A stretch of 64,000 bases of DNA from an uncultured virus (IMG/VR IMGVR_UViG_3300044724_004089) (Duplodnaviria > Heunggongvirae > Uroviricota > Caudoviricetes), in the IMG/VR virus record IMGVR_UViG_3300044724_004089. One strand, 5' to 3'. Below, one piece after another: positions 46,382-56,400 of the stretch (positions within the stretch are counted from its first letter, which is position 1; each line of letters begins with the position of its first letter). The notes below the pieces were generated by a model that made no database searches, was not told where the DNA came from, and saw only the letters and a program-made list of their open reading frames with translations. The position numbers and the translations under genes are program-made.

Positions 46382-48002
46382 TGCATATTTAGGAAATCCT
46401 AATTTAAAAAAGATTAATACAAAGGTTGAGTACACAAAAGAACAGATAAAAGAATATCAAAAGTGTGCAAAAGACCCTTTGTATTTTATGCAGAAGTATA
46501 TTCAAATAGTTTCTCTTGATGAAGGTTTAGTGCCTTTTAAAATGTATCCTTTTCAAAGACATATTGTTCAAACAATACACGATAATAGATTTACAATTTG
46601 TAAATTACCAAGACAGTCAGGTAAATCTACAACTACAATATCTTATTTACTACATTATGCTCTTTTCAATCCTAATTCTAATCTGGCAATACTTGCAAAC
46701 AAATCATCAACTGCAAGAGATATTTTAGGTCGTTTACAATTAGCATACGAAAATTTACCAAAGTGGTTACAACAAGGTGTTATCAATTGGAATAAAGGTA
46801 ATATTGAATTAGAAAATAAATCAACTATAGTCGCCGCCGCAACTTCATCATCTGCTATCAGAGGTGGTTCTTTTAACATTATATTTTTAGATGAGTTTGC
46901 ATTCGTACCAGCAAATATTGCCGAGATGTTTTTTAGTTCAGTATATCCTACAATCTCATCTGGTAAAAATACAAAAATGATTATCGTGTCTACACCTCAC
47001 GGAATGAATATGTATTATAAATTGTGGGTTGATGCTCAAAATAAACAAAATGATTATATACCCATTGAAGTGCATTGGTCAGAGGTACCAGGTAGAGATG
47101 AAAAATGGAAAGAAGAAACAATTCGAAACACATCACCTGAACAGTTTCAGTCAGAATTTGAGTGCGAGTTTTTAGGTTCTATAGACACTTTAATAGCACC
47201 AAGTAAAATTAAAACAACACCACATATACCACCAATAGAATCAAAAGGTGGTTTACAGATGTTTGAAAAACCTATAAAGGGTAACACCTATGTATGTACG
47301 GTTGACGTTGCTAGAGGTACAATAAAAGATTACTCTGCGTTTATAATATTTGATGTTACAAAAATACCATATAGAGTTGTTGCAACTTATAAAAACAATG
47401 AAGTAAAACCATTTGTATTTCCTAGTATTATTGAAAAGGCGTGCAAAGGTTTTAATGATGCTCACGTTTTAGTTGAAGTCAATGATTTAGGTCAACAAAT
47501 TTCAGACACTATGCAGTATGAATTAGAATATGAAAATATGCTTATGACAACACAACGTGGTAGAGCAGGTCAAGTTTTAGGTGCTGGATTTAGTGGTAGA
47601 GGAACATCAATAGGTGTTCGTATGACAAAACAAATTAAAAAGATAGGTTGTTCAGGATTTAAAACACTAATAGAATCAGATAAAGTTATAGTAAATGATT
47701 TTAATATTATTGAAGAAATGTCAACATTTTCTCGTAGAGGTAATAGTTGGATGGCAGAAGAAGGTTGTAATGATGATTTAGTGATGTGTCTTGTAATTTT
47801 TGGTTGGTTGTCTAATCAAGAATACTTTAAAGAAATGACTGATTCTAATATTAGGGCACAGATATATGAAGAACAAGCACATCTAGTTGAACAAGATATG
47901 GCACCTTTTGGATTTATAGATGATGGCACACCTGAAGAAGAAAAATCTTTTGCAGACGAGTATGGCACTGTATGGCACCCGGTAGTTCGTAAGGGTATGT
48001 AG
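46374..48002 (+). CDS. gp17: Terminase large subunit gp17
   Basis: YLGNPNLK, PRQSGKST, IFLDEFAF, VDVARG, DDLVM; TTG start. Confidence 0.97.
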   Translation: MSDAYLGNPNLKKINTKVEYTKEQIKEYQKCAKDPLYFMQKYIQIVSLDEGLVPFKMYPFQRHIVQTIHDNRFTICKLPRQSGKSTTTISYLLHYALFNPNSNLAILANKSSTARDILGRLQLAYENLPKWLQQGVINWNKGNIELENKSTIVAAATSSSAIRGGSFNIIFLDEFAFVPANIAEMFFSSVYPTISSGKNTKMIIVSTPHGMNMYYKLWVDAQNKQNDYIPIEVHWSEVPGRDEKWKEETIRNTSPEQFQSEFECEFLGSIDTLIAPSKIKTTPHIPPIESKGGLQMFEKPIKGNTYVCTVDVARGTIKDYSAFIIFDVTKIPYRVVATYKNNEVKPFVFPSIIEKACKGFNDAHVLVEVNDLGQQISDTMQYELEYENMLMTTQRGRAGQVLGAGFSGRGTSIGVRMTKQIKKIGCSGFKTLIESDKVIVNDFNIIEEMSTFSRRGNSWMAEEGCNDDLVMCLVIFGWLSNQEYFKEMTDSNIRAQIYEEQAHLVEQDMAPFGFIDDGTPEEEKSFADEYGTVWHPVVRKGM

Positions 48003-48018
48003 TAAAAAACGTTTTACT

Positions 48019-48026
48019 TATAAATA
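48019..48026 (+). promoter_or_regulatory. Late promoter TATAAATA
   Basis: Exact consensus, ~80 nt before gp18. Confidence 0.8.
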
Positions 48027-48108
48027 GTAGAATAATAACTTTGACTATGGGCGTATGAATAATACGAAACTTGACAGATAAAAAAATGTTAATTTAAAGG
48101 AGAGACCT

Positions 48109-50034
48109 ATGGCATTTCAAGTATCACCAGGTGTTCTCGTACAGGAATTAGATTTAACTAGAGTTATTCCTGCGGTTTCAACTTCTATCGGTGCTTTTGC
48201 TGGTGAATTCAGACAAGGACCAGTAGAAGAGATAGTTACAATATCAAGTGAGGCAGACTTGGTTGAAACTTTTGGAAAACCAGACTCTAATAATTTTGAA
48301 GAATTTTTCTGTGCCGCAAATTTCTTGCAGTACACTAATAATCTAAAAGTAGTACGAGTAAACAATTCAGGACTGTTAAATGCATCAGCAGACGGAACTG
48401 GAATATTAATTAAGAATACAGATCATTACACAAACAACTACGCATCAGGACAAGGTGCAGTTGGAACTTTCGCCGCAAGAACGGGCGGTGCGTGGGGTAA
48501 TAATTTACAAGTATCAACTTGTCCAAGTGCAACTGCTTACGAAAACGAAGGAGCAACTACACTAAACGACTCATCTACTTCAGTAGGTGATACAACAATT
48601 ACAGTAACAGACGGAACAGCATTAAATGTTGGAGATATAATTTCATTCTCAACAACCGCCGCAACAAACGATTATGATGATGGTGAGCAATACAGAATTA
48701 CTGGTATTTCAACTCACGACATTACAATAGTTCAATCACCAAGAGGTTCTGGTGGAATTAAAAGAGAGTTAACAGATGGTTGTAACGTAAGAAGAAGATG
48801 GAAATATTACGATCAAGTTGACGGTGCGCCAGGAACATCTACTTATGTTTCTGAAAGAGGTGGTGCTAATGATGAAATTCACGTTGTTGTAATAGACGAA
48901 GATGGTGGAATTTCAGGAGTACCTGGAACAGTTTTAGAAACTTTTAGTAAACTATCAAAAGCATCAGATGGTAAAACTCCTCAAGGGGATAACAACTATT
49001 ATCCTGATGTAATTTACAATCAATCAAGATATGTTTATTGGATGGATCATAATACTTCAGGTTCAAATTGGGGTAACGCCGCATCTGGTACAACATATAC
49101 AGCAGTTAACACACCAACCCTAGAAAGTCTATCTGCTGGTGCAGACGGAACATCTGCAACAGTTGGTGAAAAGAAAACTGCTTATGATGAATTTATTGAT
49201 GGTGAAACAGTTGATATCAGTTTAATTGTTGCTGGTACTTGTACTGCAACACATATTGATAACTTAATATCATTAGCAGAGTCAAGAAAAGATTGTGTAG
49301 TATTTGCATCACCTGAAAGAGCAGATGTTGTAAACGTTGCAAACTCAAATACACAGTTATCAAATGTAACTGGATTTTTTGATAGCATAGCATCATCATC
49401 TTATGTGGTGTTCGATAGTGGTTACAAATATATGTATGACAAATATGCAGATGTATTTAGATTTGTACCATTAAATGGTGACACTGCTGGTTTATGTGCT
49501 AGAACAGACTCAACAAATGATGCTTGGTTCTCACCTGCTGGTTTGAACAGAGGTATTATTAGAGGTGCTGTTAAGTTAGCATTTAATCCTGATAAGACAC
49601 AGAGAGATACATTATATCCAAAAAGAATTAATCCTGTAGTGACCTTTCCTGGTCAAGGCACAGTTCTATTTGGAGATAAGACAGGTCTTTCATCACCAAG
49701 TGCATTTGATAGAATTAATGTAAGAAGATTATTCATAGTTTTAGAAAAAGCAATTTCTACTGCATCTAAATTTTCACTCTTTGAGTTCAATGATGAATTT
49801 ACAAGGGCACAATTTAGAAACTTAGTAGAACCATTCTTGAGAGAAGTTCAAGGTAGAAGAGGTATTACAGACTTCTTAGTTGTCTGTGATGAAACTAATA
49901 ACACAGGTGAAGTAATAGATAGAAACGAATTTATCGCAGAAATCTTTGTGAAACCTGCAAGAAGTATTAACTTCATAACCTTGAAATTCATTGCAACAAG
50001 AACAGGTGTTGCTTTTGAAGAAGTCGCCGGATAA
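48109..50034 (+). CDS. gp18: Tail sheath protein gp18
   Basis: FQVSPGV, WFSPAG.NRG, FDRINVRRLF, KPARSINFI. Confidence 0.97.
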   Translation: MAFQVSPGVLVQELDLTRVIPAVSTSIGAFAGEFRQGPVEEIVTISSEADLVETFGKPDSNNFEEFFCAANFLQYTNNLKVVRVNNSGLLNASADGTGILIKNTDHYTNNYASGQGAVGTFAARTGGAWGNNLQVSTCPSATAYENEGATTLNDSSTSVGDTTITVTDGTALNVGDIISFSTTAATNDYDDGEQYRITGISTHDITIVQSPRGSGGIKRELTDGCNVRRRWKYYDQVDGAPGTSTYVSERGGANDEIHVVVIDEDGGISGVPGTVLETFSKLSKASDGKTPQGDNNYYPDVIYNQSRYVYWMDHNTSGSNWGNAASGTTYTAVNTPTLESLSAGADGTSATVGEKKTAYDEFIDGETVDISLIVAGTCTATHIDNLISLAESRKDCVVFASPERADVVNVANSNTQLSNVTGFFDSIASSSYVVFDSGYKYMYDKYADVFRFVPLNGDTAGLCARTDSTNDAWFSPAGLNRGIIRGAVKLAFNPDKTQRDTLYPKRINPVVTFPGQGTVLFGDKTGLSSPSAFDRINVRRLFIVLEKAISTASKFSLFEFNDEFTRAQFRNLVEPFLREVQGRRGITDFLVVCDETNNTGEVIDRNEFIAEIFVKPARSINFITLKFIATRTGVAFEEVAG

Positions 50035-50055
50035 TAGAGAGAAAAGGAGTTAAAA

Positions 50056-50583
50056 ATGGCAAACATAGCAGATTTTAAAGCAAAACTCGCCGGTGGAGGA
50101 GCAAGAGCAAATCAGTTTAAGGTGACAATGCCTTTTCCTGGTTATTCACAAGTCGGCGGAGAAATTGAAACAATGGCGTTTCTATGTCAATCAGCACAGT
50201 TACCTGGTATGACAATAGGAGAAGTTGCTGTTAATTTTAGAGGCAGACAAATTTATATGGCGGGTGAAAGAACATTTGCTACTATGGATTTCACTGTGCT
50301 AAATGATACTGACTTTAAATTAAGAAACGCATTTGAAAGATGGTCAAATGGTATAAACAATATTACTGATAACGAAGGATTGACAAATCCAGCAGACTAT
50401 CAAGTTGATGTTTTTATTGACCAACTAGACAGAAATGGTTCAACAATTAAATCGTATACATTGAGAAATGCATTTCCTACAGGAATTGCGGCGATAGATT
50501 TAGATATGGGTACGAATGATGCAATTGAATCATTTAGTGTTACTATGCGATACAACTACTTTGAGACCAATACTACTACTTAA
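50056..50583 (+). CDS. gp19: Tail tube protein gp19
   Basis: GGARANQF, LPG, FRGR, R.AFERW.N, QLDRNG. Confidence 0.95.
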   Translation: MANIADFKAKLAGGGARANQFKVTMPFPGYSQVGGEIETMAFLCQSAQLPGMTIGEVAVNFRGRQIYMAGERTFATMDFTVLNDTDFKLRNAFERWSNGINNITDNEGLTNPADYQVDVFIDQLDRNGSTIKSYTLRNAFPTGIAAIDLDMGTNDAIESFSVTMRYNYFETNTTT

Positions 50584-50616
50584 TAAGTAGCATAAATAGT
50601 GATTAGGAGATAAATT

Positions 50617-52128
50617 ATGGCAGAATTATTTGGTTTTCAAATAAGTAGGATTAAGAAACAGACAGATCCAAAACAAAGTTTCACAACCACCCAAGCAGAT
50701 GACGGTACCCAAACCGTCAATGCTGGTGGTTACTTTGGTACGTTTCTTGATATGGACGCCACTGCGAAAACAGAGGCAGACCTTATTAGAAGATATAGAG
50801 AAATTTCAATTCACCCAGAATGCGATATGGCAATCGAAGATATCGTAAATGAGGCAATTGTATCTAATGAAATGAAAGACCCGGTTAGAATTAACATTGA
50901 TGGTCTTCCATTTGGTAAAGATGTAAGAAGAAGAATTGAAGATGAGTTTAAAGAAATATTAAGATTATTAAATTTTAATATCAAAGGTCACGATATTTTT
51001 AGAAGATGGTATGTAGATGGTAGAGTTTATTATCAAAAGTTAATTGATAGAAATGAACCTACAAAAGGTATCACAGAATTAAAATACATTGACCCAAGAA
51101 AAATAAAGAAGATTAGAGAAGTCAAAAAAGTTAGACCTAATAACAGAAGTAATATGACTGTTGTTGAAGAGTATATTGAATATTATCTTTTCAACGAAAA
51201 AGGAGTTTCACAATCAACTGCTGGTTCAGGTATTAAAATAGCACCTGATACAATTGCTTTTTGTCCATCAGGATTAGTAGATCAAAATAAAGCAAATATG
51301 GTATTATCATATTTACATAAAGCAATTAAACCAGTTAATCAATTAAGAATGATTGAAGATGCTGTTGTTATATACAGAATAGCAAGGGCACCTGAAAGAA
51401 GAATATTTAAAATTGATGTAGGCAATTTACCAAAACAAAAAGCAGAACAATATCTAAGAGATGTTATGGCAAGATATAGAAACAAACTTGTTTATGATGC
51501 ATCAACAGGTGAAATTAGAGATGATAGAAATTATATGTCAATGCTTGAAGATTTTTGGTTACCTTCAAGAGAAGGTGGAAGAGGAACAGATATATCAACA
51601 TTACCAGGCGGACAAAATCTAGGTGAGATGGCAGATGTTGAATATTTTCAAAAGAAATTATACAGAAGTTTAAATGTACCAGTAAGTAGATTAGAGGCGG
51701 CAGACGGTTTTAGTTTAGGTAGAGCATCTGAAATCTCTAGAGATGAACTTAAATTTACAAAGTTTGTTCAAAGATTAAGAAAAAGATTTACTGAGTTATT
51801 TAATGACTTATTAAGAACACAATTAATACTTAAAAAAGTTATTGCTGAAGATGACTGGTATGTAATATCACAGTCTATACAATATGACTATTTACAAGAT
51901 GGTCATTTTGCAGAATTAAAAGACACAGAATTATTAAGAAACAGATTAGACCTTGCAATGTCAATGAGAGATTATGTGGGTAAATACTATTCTGTTGAAT
52001 ATATCAGAAAACATATCTTGAAACAAAACGAAAAAGATATTGATGATATGGATAAACAAATTAAGAAAGAAATTGATGATGGTATTATAGCATCACCAGA
52101 AGAACAAATAGGAGGATATGATGAGTGA
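50617..52128 (+). CDS. gp20: Portal protein gp20
   Basis: LFGF, RRWYVDGR, YRIARAPERR.F.IDVGNLP, EDFWLP.REGGRGT; CATAAATA at 50591. Confidence 0.97.
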   Translation: MAELFGFQISRIKKQTDPKQSFTTTQADDGTQTVNAGGYFGTFLDMDATAKTEADLIRRYREISIHPECDMAIEDIVNEAIVSNEMKDPVRINIDGLPFGKDVRRRIEDEFKEILRLLNFNIKGHDIFRRWYVDGRVYYQKLIDRNEPTKGITELKYIDPRKIKKIREVKKVRPNNRSNMTVVEEYIEYYLFNEKGVSQSTAGSGIKIAPDTIAFCPSGLVDQNKANMVLSYLHKAIKPVNQLRMIEDAVVIYRIARAPERRIFKIDVGNLPKQKAEQYLRDVMARYRNKLVYDASTGEIRDDRNYMSMLEDFWLPSREGGRGTDISTLPGGQNLGEMADVEYFQKKLYRSLNVPVSRLEAADGFSLGRASEISRDELKFTKFVQRLRKRFTELFNDLLRTQLILKKVIAEDDWYVISQSIQYDYLQDGHFAELKDTELLRNRLDLAMSMRDYVGKYYSVEYIRKHILKQNEKDIDDMDKQIKKEIDDGIIASPEEQIGGYDE

Positions 52129-52420
52129 AGAAGTTAAAAGTTTCATTAACAATGTTTATATGAATAAAACAGCAGATGCAGGTGAAGATTTCAAAGATGC
52201 CATAAGAGCAAAAGTGGGCGATGCTTTAGAAACAAGAAGAAAAGAAATGTCACAAAATATGTTTAAAGCACAGCAAGGTGAATTTGAAGAGGCACCTCAT
52301 AATGATCCTAAACCTGAAGTTGCAAGTACAGGTTCATTTGCACCTGATGGTTCAGTTATAAATAATGATGAGAAAACAACAGTAGATATGGACTTAACAA
52401 CAGATGCCGAAAATAAGTGA
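52118..52420 (+). CDS. Probable prohead core protein (gp67-like position)
   Basis: Small acidic protein directly after gp20. Confidence 0.6.
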   Translation: MMSEEVKSFINNVYMNKTADAGEDFKDAIRAKVGDALETRRKEMSQNMFKAQQGEFEEAPHNDPKPEVASTGSFAPDGSVINNDEKTTVDMDLTTDAENK

Positions 52421-52658
52421 TATTGTAAAAGAAAATAAACTATTTGACAGTAAAGCATTTAATAAATTAAGTCCAAAAGAACAAGACTGTATAACAGAAA
52501 TATTTGAAACTGTTGAAAACGGTAATGATGACGTTTTTATTTTTACAAGATTTGAAGATGCTATTGAAGATTGTTGTAAAAAATATGGTGTGCAAAGACA
52601 ACAGATAGATAATTTTATAGATAACCAAACTAACGATATATTAGGAGAGATTGTATGA
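52404..52658 (+). CDS. Hypothetical protein
   Basis: Overlapping ORF in the head module. Confidence 0.7.
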   Translation: MPKISDIVKENKLFDSKAFNKLSPKEQDCITEIFETVENGNDDVFIFTRFEDAIEDCCKKYGVQRQQIDNFIDNQTNDILGEIV

Positions 52659-52906
52659 GTCATACAATAAAAGTAAAGGGAAGTGTAATCGATAATCCAA
52701 GTAATAATGCTATAGGTAATGCACACTTTGTTCACTGCGTTGCAACAGGTGGTACACAAACAGGTGTTGTTAAAAATGCAGGTGGTACGACTTTAGGTCA
52801 GTTTTATCTACACGCCGCTGGCGATTCAATAGTTATAGAGAAATCACCAACTGATACCATTACATTATCAGATGGTCACGCAAGTGCTTGTGCGCCAAAA
52901 AGTTAA
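52655..52906 (+). CDS. Small hypothetical (probable virion) protein
   Basis: AGGAG SD; IEK.PTDT motif. Confidence 0.75.
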   Translation: MSHTIKVKGSVIDNPSNNAIGNAHFVHCVATGGTQTGVVKNAGGTTLGQFYLHAAGDSIVIEKSPTDTITLSDGHASACAPKS

Positions 52907-53565
52907 TGCAGTTATATCATAGGTATTTAAAACTACCTTTTAATTTTGAGAAACCTACATTATATGATAGCATTGAATTAAAAGATTATTGTGAGTTTAT
53001 ATATTTTAAAGATGAGGATTTAAAAACTGAACCGATATTAGATTTTATTGATAGCATTGGACTTTATAGAATAAAAACAAATTCTGTTTATTCAGCACCA
53101 AATGACGGCATCAGAGTTCATAGTGATACGTCAGATTTATCAGATAAAGTTAAATTAAGTTTCAGTTGGGGTTCACCTGATAGCAAAACTATATGGTGGG
53201 AACCTAAAAATTATAAAAGAGTTAAAGTAGTAAAGTTTTATGAAAGTCGTATGAATCGAACAGTGAAATGTAGTAAAATAAAAATGTTAACTATAAAGGA
53301 AAGAATACGATTATTTTTAAAGAACAAAAAGGCAGAAAATATTATTAAATATGCCTGTGCAAATGAAAGTGAATGTAATAAAGTTTTAGAAAGAACGATA
53401 GATAAACCAAGTCTGTATAATGTAGGTAGACTACATTCTACTTGGAATCCATCAAACAAGGGTAGATGGACTTTATCTTTTATATTAGGTAAGAAAAAAG
53501 ATATGAAACCATTACATTTTATTGAGTCGTTGAATTATTTTAGAGATTATTTAGAAAAGGAGTGA
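52906..53565 (+). CDS. 2OG-Fe(II) oxygenase-like protein
   Basis: IRVHSD (HxD), NVGRLHS.WN....RWTLS; ATG overlaps the previous TAA. Confidence 0.7.
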   Translation: MQLYHRYLKLPFNFEKPTLYDSIELKDYCEFIYFKDEDLKTEPILDFIDSIGLYRIKTNSVYSAPNDGIRVHSDTSDLSDKVKLSFSWGSPDSKTIWWEPKNYKRVKVVKFYESRMNRTVKCSKIKMLTIKERIRLFLKNKKAENIIKYACANESECNKVLERTIDKPSLYNVGRLHSTWNPSNKGRWTLSFILGKKKDMKPLHFIESLNYFRDYLEKE

Positions 53566-53567
53566 AA

Positions 53568-54113
53568 ATGGGTGTTAATATAATGAAATTCACAGTACCA
53601 GGTATTGTGTTTAAGACAAGAGTAAGAGATGAAAGTGTTAAAGGGTCTAATCCATATAGATGGCAAGATGTAAATTCTAGAGATTTATTTAAAAATAAAA
53701 CATCTTTAGTGGTTGCTTTACCTGGTGCATTTACACCTACTTGTTCTACATATCAGTTACCTACTTATGAAAAAATGTATGATGAATTTAAAGATCAAGG
53801 TATTGACGAAATATATTGTTTATCAGTAAATGATGCATTTGTTATGCATAAATGGGCAGAGTCTTTAGAAGTAAAAAAAGTAAAAATGTTACCTGACGGG
53901 AACACTGATTTTACAAGACAAATGGGTATGCTTGTTAAAAAAGAAAATTTAGGTTTTGGTTATAGGTCTTGGAGATATGCAACACTAATAAAAGATAATA
54001 TAGTAGAAGTAATGTTTATTGAAGAAAACATTGAAGACAACCACGGACCAGACCCGTATGAAGTATCAAAACCTGAAAACGTTTTAGAATGGTTAAAAAA
54101 CAATAAGGAGTAA
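53568..54113 (+). CDS. Peroxiredoxin (PRX5-like)
   Basis: LPGAFTPTCS, SVNDAFVM..W, LPDGN..FT, G.RSWRY. Confidence 0.93.
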   Translation: MGVNIMKFTVPGIVFKTRVRDESVKGSNPYRWQDVNSRDLFKNKTSLVVALPGAFTPTCSTYQLPTYEKMYDEFKDQGIDEIYCLSVNDAFVMHKWAESLEVKKVKMLPDGNTDFTRQMGMLVKKENLGFGYRSWRYATLIKDNIVEVMFIEENIEDNHGPDPYEVSKPENVLEWLKNNKE

Positions 54114-54116
54114 AAA

Positions 54117-54509
54117 ATGGCAGATACAGTATCAGTATTACAAATAGCAGATACTTCTGGTGTAAAATATGTAACTAAACTTACAAATATATCTGATGGT
54201 ACAGGAGAAAGTTTAGTTGAAAAGATTACCGCCGCTGATGAAACATTTATGACTGCTGATGGTAATAGAAAAATAGCAAGAATAAATTGGTCAATCAATA
54301 CACTGAATAGAAATGGTGCAGTTGAATTATTATGGGAAGGTGATACTAATGCAACTGCTTGTGTATTGTCAGGTCAAGGTGTTTGGGATTTAAGAACACC
54401 TGGTAATGAAATTACAAATAATGCAACTACACCTACCGGGGATTTACTTTTATCAACAAAAAACTTTTCAAATGGTGACAGTTACACAATTGTTATCGAG
54501 TTTAGGTGA
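54117..54509 (+). CDS. Conserved hypothetical virion-associated protein
   Basis: MADTV..TN.SDGTGE...GD.LLST..YTIV.E; precedes gp21. Confidence 0.75.
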   Translation: MADTVSVLQIADTSGVKYVTKLTNISDGTGESLVEKITAADETFMTADGNRKIARINWSINTLNRNGAVELLWEGDTNATACVLSGQGVWDLRTPGNEITNNATTPTGDLLLSTKNFSNGDSYTIVIEFR

Positions 54510-54547
54510 TAACTTTTATAAATAGTAGTTATTAGAGAGAGAAAACT

Positions 54548-55192
54548 ATGAAACTAATATCAGAAGAAATACAAGACGCCGAATATTTAATAGAAAATGC
54601 TAATGGTAAAAAGAACTATAAGATAAAAGGTGTATTTTTACAAGCAGATATTAAAAACAGAAACGGCAGAGTTTATCCCAAAGAAGTAATGATCAAAGAA
54701 GTTAATCGTTACACAAAAGAATTTGTTGACAAGAAAAGAGCATTTGGTGAGTTAGGGCATCCTGACGGACCAACTGTTAATCTTGAAAGAGTTTCACATA
54801 TGATTACTAACTTACAACAAGATGGTACAAATTATATTGGTGAGGCAAAAATAATGAATACCCCTTATGGTAAGATTGTAAAAGGTCTTATAGATGAAGG
54901 TGCCCAACTTGGTGTATCATCAAGAGGTATGGGTTCATTAGAACAAAGAAATGGTGCTAACTATGTAAAGTCTGACTTTATGTTAGCAACTGCCGCCGAC
55001 ATTGTAGCAGATCCTTCTGCACCTGATGCCTTTGTGCAAGGTATTATGGAGAATAAGGAGTGGGTTTGGGACAATGGTAGATTGGTGGAAAGAGATGTTG
55101 ATGTTTGGAGAAAAGAAATTCGAAGTGCATCAAGTAGAAAATTAGAAGAAAAGAAGTTGGAAATTTTTGAGAATTTTCTCAAAAATCTCTAG
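54548..55192 (+). CDS. gp21: Prohead protease gp21
   Basis: NRNGRVYP, GELGHP, GVSSRGMGSL, DIVADPSAPDAFV; TATAAATA at 54517. Confidence 0.97.
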   Translation: MKLISEEIQDAEYLIENANGKKNYKIKGVFLQADIKNRNGRVYPKEVMIKEVNRYTKEFVDKKRAFGELGHPDGPTVNLERVSHMITNLQQDGTNYIGEAKIMNTPYGKIVKGLIDEGAQLGVSSRGMGSLEQRNGANYVKSDFMLATAADIVADPSAPDAFVQGIMENKEWVWDNGRLVERDVDVWRKEIRSASSRKLEEKKLEIFENFLKNL

Positions 55193-55245
55193 TATTATAA
55201 ATAATTGTTAAAAAACGAAAGTTTTGTTCTTTAAAGGAGATTAAT

Positions 55246-56388
55246 ATGACTGAAGAAAATAAAAAAGTCGTGGCGATTGAGGAGATTGAAAAAGAGTTAG
55301 AAGAAAAAGCAAACCCTCAAGCAGATGCTCCGAAAAAGAATGCTGTGGCGCCAGAAGGGTCAAACATTGCATCAATGGCAAAGTATGATGATTTAGGGTC
55401 GCCTGTTGTAAAACCAACAGACAGCAATCCGGACGCCACAAAGAAATCAAAGAAAGCACAGGACCAAGTTAATGCAAAAGCACAAGACGGAGACCCTAAC
55501 GAGTCACCTGATACTGAGAAAGGTGTTACCAAAGTTTCAACACCTGGTCAGAAAGAAACAATTAAGGCACAGAAAGATCACGAAATGATTAATAACAAAA
55601 TGAAAGGCGAAACTTATGAAGAAGAAGTACAACCTGAAGATGTTATTGATGTGTCTGCTGATGTTGATGCTCTTGTAAAAGACGAGGACCTATCAGAGGA
55701 ATTTAAGAATAAAGCAACTACTATCTTTGAGGCGGCGGTTAAAGCAAAAATCAACGAACACAAAGAAAAGTTAAATGCTGAATTCGATAAAAAGTTAAAC
55801 GAAGAAATAGAAGTTGAAAAAGAAAAACTATCTGAAAAAGTTGACACTTATTTAACATATGTTGTTGAAGAGTGGATGAAAGAAAACTCTATTGCTATCG
55901 AAAGAGGCATTAAGGGTGAGATAGCAGAAGACTTTATTTCTGGTCTAAAGAAACTTTTCGAAGACCATTACATTGATGTACCTGATGAGAAGTACAACGT
56001 ACTTGAAGATCAAGCATCAAAGATCGAAGAGTTATCGAAGAAGTTAGACGAGCAAATTCAAAAGAATGTTGAACTAAAAAAAGACAACGGTAATTTTAAG
56101 AGAAATGACATTATAAATGAAGTTTCTTCTGACCTTGCTGATTCTCAAAAAGAAAAGTTCAATAAACTTTCTGAAGAAGTTGAGTATTCAAATGAAGAAG
56201 AATTCAAATCAAAATTAAACACTATTAAAGAGTCTTATTTTGGTAAGAAAGAAACTTCATCTGATATTGATGATGTAGCGGTCGGCGATAATACTGCTGT
56301 AGATAGTGCAGAGTTGACAAATTCTATGGCAAGATATACCGCCGCTATAAGTAAAACCAAAGACATTAAGTTGTCAAAAACAAATTAG
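55246..56388 (+). CDS. gp22: Prohead scaffold protein gp22
   Basis: LSEEFK.KA.TIFEAAV, YVVEEWM.EN..AIE.G; TATAAATA at 55196. Confidence 0.95.
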   Translation: MTEENKKVVAIEEIEKELEEKANPQADAPKKNAVAPEGSNIASMAKYDDLGSPVVKPTDSNPDATKKSKKAQDQVNAKAQDGDPNESPDTEKGVTKVSTPGQKETIKAQKDHEMINNKMKGETYEEEVQPEDVIDVSADVDALVKDEDLSEEFKNKATTIFEAAVKAKINEHKEKLNAEFDKKLNEEIEVEKEKLSEKVDTYLTYVVEEWMKENSIAIERGIKGEIAEDFISGLKKLFEDHYIDVPDEKYNVLEDQASKIEELSKKLDEQIQKNVELKKDNGNFKRNDIINEVSSDLADSQKEKFNKLSEEVEYSNEEEFKSKLNTIKESYFGKKETSSDIDDVAVGDNTAVDSAELTNSMARYTAAISKTKDIKLSKTN

Positions 56389-56400
56389 GGAGAGATAATA

